Below are positions 56,002 to 64,000 of a stretch of 64,000 nt of DNA, piece by piece. Source of the stretch: an uncultured Chloroflexia bacterium (GTDB taxonomy: Bacteria; Chloroflexota; Limnocylindria; Limnocylindrales; CSP1-4); assembly GCA_963819655.1 (NCBI GenBank), contig CAWFXA010000001.1, forward strand, positions 64,001 through 128,000, written 5' to 3'. Below the pieces are notes generated by a model that worked only from the letters and a program-made list of their open reading frames with translations, did no database searches and had not been told where the DNA came from. Every line of letters starts with the position of its first letter. Position 1 is the stretch's first letter. A program made the position numbers and the translations under genes.

Positions 56002-57195
56002 ATGCATGCCCCGCTGGCGGTCATCTGGCGTCTGCTCGCGTTCGTCGGCAAGGAGCTCATCGAGACCATCCGCCGACCGGGTGCCCTGGTGAGCCTCGTG
56101 CTGGGCCCGTTCCTGATCATGGCCGTCTTCGGCGCGGGCTTCAGCGGCGTCCGCCGACCGCTCGAGACGCTGATCGTCGTCCCCGGCACGAGCGGGCTGC
56201 CCACCGACACGGCGCAGTACCAGCAACTCGCCGGCCCACCCCTGCACATCGCCGAGGTTGTCATCGACCGGGCCGAGGCCGAAGCTCGGTTGCTCGCGGG
56301 CCAGGTCGACGTCGTCGTGGTCGCTCCGGCGGACCCGGAAGCGGCATTCCGAGGAGGCCAGCGCTCGGTCATCGACGTCCTCGTCGATCAGACCGACCCG
56401 GTCGAGGAGAACTACGCGAGCGTCCTCGCGCACACGCTCGCCGATGCCGTCAACCAACAGCTCATCGAACAGGCGGTCGAGGAAGGCAAGGGCTACGTCG
56501 TCGAGGCCGGGAATGCAGCGGCGGCGGCCATCCCGGCAGATGTCGTGGCGGCTCCCACGGAGGCGCAGCTGACCAACCTGGCGCCCACCACGCCCACCGT
56601 GACCTCCTTCTTCGGGCCGGCCGTCCTGGCCCTGATCCTGCAGCATCTGGCCGTGACGCTCGTCTCGATGTCACTCGTCCGCGAGCGACAGAGCGGGGTG
56701 ATGGAGCTGTTCCGCATCTCGCCGGTCACGGCGGCCGAGGTGATCGCCGGGAAGGTCCTGGCCTTCGGCATCCTCGGGTTCGTCGTGGCGGGCCTGACCA
56801 TGACGCTGCTCGTCGTAGGACTTGGGGTGCCATCCCTCGCGGATCCGGGCTACCTGGCGCTCGCCATCGGGCTCCTGCTGCTCGCCTCGCTCGGGCTGGG
56901 CCTGCTGATCGCCGTCGTCTCCGATTCGGAGCGGCAGGCGGTCCAGCTCTCCCTCCTCGTGCTCCTGGCGTCGGTGTTCTTCAGCGGGTTCGTCCTGGCG
57001 GTCGATCAATTCACGCCGCCGGTCCGCGCGCTGGCGTACGCGCTGCCGGTCACCCATGGGATCCAGCTGCTCCAGGACTTCATGCTGCGCGGCTCGACGA
57101 CGCACCTGTGGCAGGTGGGCGCGCTGGGTGCCATCGCACTGGTCACGCTCGTCCTCGCCTGGCTGGGTCTGCGTCGGGGGATGAGAACAGCCTGA
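56002..57195 (+). CDS. ABC-2 type exporter permease
   Basis: KEL....R, VRERQSGVME, GKVL, FFSG, LPVTHG. Confidence 0.9.
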   Translation: MHAPLAVIWRLLAFVGKELIETIRRPGALVSLVLGPFLIMAVFGAGFSGVRRPLETLIVVPGTSGLPTDTAQYQQLAGPPLHIAEVVIDRAEAEARLLAGQVDVVVVAPADPEAAFRGGQRSVIDVLVDQTDPVEENYASVLAHTLADAVNQQLIEQAVEEGKGYVVEAGNAAAAAIPADVVAAPTEAQLTNLAPTTPTVTSFFGPAVLALILQHLAVTLVSMSLVRERQSGVMELFRISPVTAAEVIAGKVLAFGILGFVVAGLTMTLLVVGLGVPSLADPGYLALAIGLLLLASLGLGLLIAVVSDSERQAVQLSLLVLLASVFFSGFVLAVDQFTPPVRALAYALPVTHGIQLLQDFMLRGSTTHLWQVGALGAIALVTLVLAWLGLRRGMRTA

Positions 57196-57244
57196 TCGCA
57201 CGTCTCAGCGCTGGCCCGGCGCTACCACGGCACAGCAAGCCGTG

Positions 57245-57760
57245 TCAGCAGTCGAACGCAAACCAGCACAACTCGTTGCGCAGCCGCTGATCGTCGAGCA
57301 CGAGGTCTCGGATCTCGCGGGGGAGTCGGGCGCGCTGCCACTGGCACTCCAAACGGCTGGCCGCCATGCCCTCGTCCCCTGGCGCCGCCGCCCGCGCGGC
57401 CCTGATCGCGTAGGCCGCAGCACCCAGCTCATGGGCCGCCACATGGCCCACCGCCGCCGCCTGGCCCGCAGCGTACGCGGCATGCCGTGCTGCCCCACGC
57501 AGGTCTCTGGCCGCGGCGTTTGCATGGCCGGCCGCCGTGCGCGCCTCCGCCCACGTGATCTCACCCCGCGCCCAGGCACGCCCGAGGTCGATCGCCCGAC
57601 GTGGACGGTCGTCCTTCGGCCGTACCCCCTCGAAGAGGTGGAGCACGTGCTCCGCGCAGTCAGCCGCCCACATCGCGAGAAGACGATGATCGTCGTCCTG
57701 GAGGGTCCCGCCGCGACGCACGGTGATGAACCGCGGATCCCGGATCTTGGGGAGGATCAC
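57245..57760 (-). CDS. Imm5-like putative immunity protein
   Basis: HRLLA.WAADCAEHVL..FE....D.RPR.AI...AAGQAAAV.HVA.H. Confidence 0.75.
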   Translation of the reverse strand: MILPKIRDPRFITVRRGGTLQDDDHRLLAMWAADCAEHVLHLFEGVRPKDDRPRRAIDLGRAWARGEITWAEARTAAGHANAAARDLRGAARHAAYAAGQAAAVGHVAAHELGAAAYAIRAARAAAPGDEGMAASRLECQWQRARLPREIRDLVLDDQRLRNELCWFAFDC

Positions 57761-57842
57761 CAGTTTGCCCGTTTCGCTCGTTGCGATCGGCTACGGGTTC
57801 GGAGCGAGCGGGGCCGCGGACCGCGCTGCCACCCTCGATCGA

Positions 57843-58976
57843 CTAGCGAGCGACGACGGGTTCGGGCTCCTCGGTCGTCTCATGCGCCCCGTTGCCGGAC
57901 ACGACATCGCTCGTCGAGCGACCGCTCTCCGGGCTCGCGAGCATCGATCCGTAGATCTTCTCGTAGCCGTCGGTCATCCTCTCGACGGAGAAGCGATCGA
58001 TGACCGATTCGCGGATCGCCTCTCGGTCCAGGTCATCCACCCGGTCGACCTTGAAGGCCATCGCCGTCACGTCGTCTCCCAGGAAGCCATCGATGCCGTC
58101 GCGCACGATCTCCGGGAGTGCGCCACTGCGTCGTGCGATCACCGGCGTGCCGCACGCCAGTGCCTCGATGGCCACGAGCCCGAATGGCTCTGGCCACGAC
58201 CCGGGCATCAGGACTGCATGGCTCTCCGCGAACAGCAGGTCCCGATCCGCCTGGGAGATCTCCCCGACATATTCGACGCTGCTGCCGGCTGCCTTGAGCG
58301 CTGGCATGAAGACCTCGTCGTAGTACTCGCGCTCGACGCCGCCGGCGGCGACCTTTGCCGCGATGCGCAACGGGCGTCCGGCCGCCTTGGCCACCTCGAT
58401 CGCGTCGACGATGCCCTTCTCGGGTGCCACCCGCCCAACGAAGCACAGGGCGTCGGTCCGTCGGCGGCCGAAAGGCGAGTCGGACAGTCGGAGGCCGTTG
58501 TAGACGATGCCTGCCCACGGGAGGTCGGGGTGCGTCGAGGCCTGGCTCTTGCTGATGGCCACCAGCCCGCGTGGGGGATCGACCAGCAGCGCATCGGCCC
58601 ATGGCAGGTCCAGGCGTCCATGGAAGGTCGAGACCACCGGGATCGGGCTGACACGCGCCAGGAGCAGGCTCATCCACTCGAGGTGGCTGTGGATGACATC
58701 GAACTCGTCGACGTGCGCGAGGACCTGCTGCACGGTCTGCTGAAAGTACGGCAGTGAGTCGCCCGTGTAGCCGAGCGGTCGGAGCGCCTCTGGGACCGTC
58801 TCGATGTGCCGCCCGGGCACCACGGAGTCGCCGCTCGCGAAGGTCGTGATCTCGCGACCCCGCCGGTCGAGCTCCGTCACGAGGCCATGGACGATCCGCT
58901 CGGTCCCCCCGTATGCCTGGGGTGGGACGCGTTCGAAAGGCGGAGCGACCTGGGCGATGCGGAAGGGGCGTGACAT
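57843..58976 (-). CDS. Glycosyltransferase family 4
   Basis: IAQVAPP...VPP..YGGTER, VGRVAPEKG, WPEPFGLV.IEALACGTPV. Confidence 0.92.
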   Translation of the reverse strand: MSRPFRIAQVAPPFERVPPQAYGGTERIVHGLVTELDRRGREITTFASGDSVVPGRHIETVPEALRPLGYTGDSLPYFQQTVQQVLAHVDEFDVIHSHLEWMSLLLARVSPIPVVSTFHGRLDLPWADALLVDPPRGLVAISKSQASTHPDLPWAGIVYNGLRLSDSPFGRRRTDALCFVGRVAPEKGIVDAIEVAKAAGRPLRIAAKVAAGGVEREYYDEVFMPALKAAGSSVEYVGEISQADRDLLFAESHAVLMPGSWPEPFGLVAIEALACGTPVIARRSGALPEIVRDGIDGFLGDDVTAMAFKVDRVDDLDREAIRESVIDRFSVERMTDGYEKIYGSMLASPESGRSTSDVVSGNGAHETTEEPEPVVAR

Positions 58977-59227
58977 CGAAAAGTTCCTCGAGACGTGGCG
59001 ACCGGAAACCCCGACAGAGCGGGGCTCGCGGTCAGTGTCGCACTCCCGGTCGAAGAGCGGGCCGAGCGTCAGCCTGATTTCAGCGGTTCTCGCCGGCCTC
59101 CCGGACGATTCCGTGGCGTCCAGCCTCGCGCAGGGGCCATCCACGGCGTTCCGTCCTCGGGGTCGGGAGCGTTGCGGGAGGCTCTCAGCGGTCTGGTCCA
59201 TAATCCGGTGCGCACGGAGGCCCAGAC

Positions 59228-60889
59228 GTGACGGAGGATGGAGCGGCCGGACAGGCCCAGGGGGTGGCGTCCCGAGCCTCTGGTCGGGCGAAGGGGGAGA
59301 TCGCCCGGGTTCGCGAGGTCCGCTTCGGCACGGGCCAGGCGGTGCTGGTCGGACTCTTCCTCGGCTGGCTCGCGATCGCCACCAAGGCCGCGATCAACGA
59401 GGCGATCGCGAGCGACACCGGGTACGTCCTGTTGATGGCGGCTGCCGTGATCGCCGCGTGGTTCGGTGGCTTCGCGGGCGGCCTGACGACGGTCGCCACG
59501 GCGGCCGTCCTCAATGGCGTGGTGTTTCTCGGCAACGATCCCCCGTCCGAGGCCGGCGTCGACCAGTTCCGCCAGGCGCTGTACCTCGTGACGGCGTCCG
59601 TCACGGCCATCCTCGTCGCGTCGCGACGTGCGGACCGGGACGGCCTGGTCGATGCGCTCGCGGAGGTGTCAGCGCTCGCCGAAGAGGTCGAGGCGCGCGA
59701 CAAGCGCATCGAGCTGATGCTGGCGGCGTCGGGCACCGGCTTCTGGGAGTGGGACATGGTGTCCGACGAGCTCACCTGGTCCGAGGCCATCTATCGACAG
59801 CACGGGATGGAGCCCGGGCACCAGGCGCCGGACTACGGGGCGTACATCGACACGATCCATCCCGACGACCGGGCTACGTTCGAGAGCGCGGTCGCCGCCG
59901 CCGCCGATGGCTCCGATTCGTTCGAGCTCGAATTCCGGATCGTGTGGCCCGACGGCTCCGTGCATTGGACGCACGGCGCCGGTCGCGTCCTGCGCGATGA
60001 CCAGGCTCGACCGGTCCGCATGATCGGCACCGGCCAGGACATCACCGAACGGCGCCGGCTGGTCGAGGACCGCGACCGGTTGCTCGCCGACGAGCGCAAG
60101 GCGGGCGAGTTCCGGGAGGCCTTCATTGACGTCATCAGCCACGAGCTGCGCACGCCCATCACCACGATCCTCGGGCTGGCCCAGATCCTGGCCCGCCCCG
60201 GCCGAGCGGATGACGAGGCCTCTCGGATGGCGCTCCTCGAAGACGTCCGCTCCGAATCGGAGCGCCTGCACCGGTTGGTCGAGGACCTGCTCGTGCTGAG
60301 CCGCGTGGAACGTGGCCGACTCGATGTCGAAGCCGAGCCTCTCGAGCCACGCCGGTTGCTCGAACGGATCGTGACCCACGAAGCACGCGAGCTCCCGAGC
60401 ATCACGGTAGGTACCGACTTCGAGCGCGACCTGCCGATCGTCGCGGGCGAGTCGACCTACGTGGAGCAGATCGTTCGCAACCTTCTCAACAACGCGGCCA
60501 AGTACACGCCACCCGGCAGCCTCGTGACGGTCTCGGCTCGCGAGCGGGACGGCGCGGTCGAGGTCCGGGTCGTGGATGACGGCCCAGGCATCCCGCCCAC
60601 GTCGCTCGAACGGATCTTCGAGCTGTTTTACCGCGATCCTGACAGTTCGCGGGCCGTGGCCGGATCCGGTATCGGTCTGTTCGTGTGTGCCAGTCTCGTC
60701 GAGGCGATGGGCGGCCGCATCTGGGCACGCCGGCCGCCCGAGGGCGGCTCGGAGATCGGGTTCACGCTGCGTGCATTGGAGCCCGACTCGTCCGACGCTG
60801 ACGTGGCCGCCATCGACGGGCCTGCGGACACGCCGGCGCCGTCCGGGGCGACGCCGGTCCTCACGGAGGGATCCAAGCCAGCCGGATGA
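59228..60889 (+). CDS. Membrane-bound (DUF4118-like) PAS sensor histidine kinase
   Basis: Four TM N-terminus, PAS_3 (WEWD...IHPDD), SHELRTP, NAAKY, GSGIGL. Confidence 0.9.
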   Translation: MTEDGAAGQAQGVASRASGRAKGEIARVREVRFGTGQAVLVGLFLGWLAIATKAAINEAIASDTGYVLLMAAAVIAAWFGGFAGGLTTVATAAVLNGVVFLGNDPPSEAGVDQFRQALYLVTASVTAILVASRRADRDGLVDALAEVSALAEEVEARDKRIELMLAASGTGFWEWDMVSDELTWSEAIYRQHGMEPGHQAPDYGAYIDTIHPDDRATFESAVAAAADGSDSFELEFRIVWPDGSVHWTHGAGRVLRDDQARPVRMIGTGQDITERRRLVEDRDRLLADERKAGEFREAFIDVISHELRTPITTILGLAQILARPGRADDEASRMALLEDVRSESERLHRLVEDLLVLSRVERGRLDVEAEPLEPRRLLERIVTHEARELPSITVGTDFERDLPIVAGESTYVEQIVRNLLNNAAKYTPPGSLVTVSARERDGAVEVRVVDDGPGIPPTSLERIFELFYRDPDSSRAVAGSGIGLFVCASLVEAMGGRIWARRPPEGGSEIGFTLRALEPDSSDADVAAIDGPADTPAPSGATPVLTEGSKPAG

Positions 60890-62000
60890 GCCCGACGACG
60901 GCGCCGCCCAGGACGAGCCGGCCGCTGCCGACGCCTCCTGCCAGGAGCGCCAGCGCGACGACGGCCTCGACGAGCGACAACGCATCACCTACTGCCGTCA
61001 GGGCGAGCTGCCCCGCGACGACGGCGATCAGGCCCACCGCGGCGACGTTGACTCCGTCCAGGAACGCCCGAGCGCGGACGGACGCGCGCAACCGGTCGAG
61101 GATCGGGATGCTCAGTCCGACGGCCACGAAGGCCGGCAGGAAGACGCCGACCGTTGCCGCGACCGCACCGGCCGGTCCGCCGACGACGTAGCCGATGAAG
61201 GTCGCCGTCGAGAACAGCGGCCCGGGGGTCGCCTGTCCCACCGCGACCGCGTCGAGCAGCTGCCTCTCGGTCAACCAGCCGAGCCCGTCCACCAGCTCCG
61301 ACCGCAACAGCGCCACGAGCACGTAGCCACTGCCGAAGAGCACCGCTCCGATCTTCAGGAACGCGAGGAAGATCGCCGGGATCGAGGCCATTCCAGCGGC
61401 AGCCGCTGGCGCAGAGACCCACGCGGACGGCGACGCGAGCGACAGGGCGATCCAACCCGCGGCACCGGGCCGGGCCACACTCGCGGCGACGAGCCCGACC
61501 AGCCCCGCGGTTAGCAGCACCGCGATCTCCGGGAAGCCTGCGAGCACGGCGCCGATCGACGCGACAAGAAGCACGCCGTGCCACGGTGTCCTGACCGCCG
61601 TCCGGGCGATCGACCAGCCGGCATGAGCGATCACCGCGACGACGATCGGCGCGATCCCGACCAGCAGCGCCTCGATCTCCGGACGCTGCCCATACGCGAC
61701 GTAGAGCCAGGCGAGGGCGGCGACGATCAGGACGGCCGGAAGCAGGAACGCAAGTCCCGCGACGACCAAACCGCGGCGACCCGCGCGGCGGTGCCCGATG
61801 TGCATCGCGAGCTCGGTCGACGTCGGGCCTGGGATCAGGTTCGCGGCTCCCAGGAGGCCGAGAAAGGTCGCGTCATCGAGCCAGGCCCTGCGCCGAACGA
61901 ACTCGTCGCGCATCAGCGCGACGTGGGCCGCCGGACCGCCGAACGACGTCAGGCCGAGGCGAAGGAAGACGGCGGCAAGGCCGACGAGTCCTGACTCATC
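60861..62000 (-). CDS. chrA: Chromate efflux transporter (long-chain CHR); start codon unresolved
   Basis: SFGGP, PGP.S, FGSGY, TPGP duplicated halves. Confidence 0.9.
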   Translation of the reverse strand, partial: DESGLVGLAAVFLRLGLTSFGGPAAHVALMRDEFVRRRAWLDDATFLGLLGAANLIPGPTSTELAMHIGHRRAGRRGLVVAGLAFLLPAVLIVAALAWLYVAYGQRPEIEALLVGIAPIVVAVIAHAGWSIARTAVRTPWHGVLLVASIGAVLAGFPEIAVLLTAGLVGLVAASVARPGAAGWIALSLASPSAWVSAPAAAAGMASIPAIFLAFLKIGAVLFGSGYVLVALLRSELVDGLGWLTERQLLDAVAVGQATPGPLFSTATFIGYVVGGPAGAVAATVGVFLPAFVAVGLSIPILDRLRASVRARAFLDGVNVAAVGLIAVVAGQLALTAVGDALSLVEAVVALALLAGGVGSGRLVLGGAVVGLIRLAWIPP

Positions 62001-62016
62001 GGGGGATCGCGCGAAC

Positions 62017-63999
<1,983 letters not shown>

Positions 64000-64000
64000 C

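Overview
A very GC-rich (roughly 70%) bacterial chromosomal segment. The gene content and Ser/Pro-rich lipoprotein style suggest a soil Chloroflexota or Actinomycetota-like organism (inference only). It is densely coding, with about 70 genes running from a partial ftsH to a partial aceE. It contains redox/Mo-oxidoreductase modules, a PAS-GGDEF-EAL gene followed by two putative copper proteins, an amino-sugar ABC/GH4/kinase/deacetylase cluster, PBP1A, DUF3090-SCO1664, a 1198-aa TM0106 nuclease-helicase, an amidinotransferase/ArgE/DAO cluster, three orphan histidine kinases, corA, a small-stress-protein/topoisomerase IB region, an ABC exporter and chrA. I see no rRNA, tRNA, CRISPR array or IS element. 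Seven genes carry apparent single-base insertions, probably long-read assembly errors. The most notable non-obvious signals are: pervasive leaderless promoters (TAnnnT-N6-start); a palindrome shared by a MarR gene and a gene 41 kb away; a 45-aa membrane peptide coupled to a CTG-start corA; and two strongly structured intergenic regions (about 35.55-35.75 kb and 52.62-52.96 kb) that may be undescribed RNAs.
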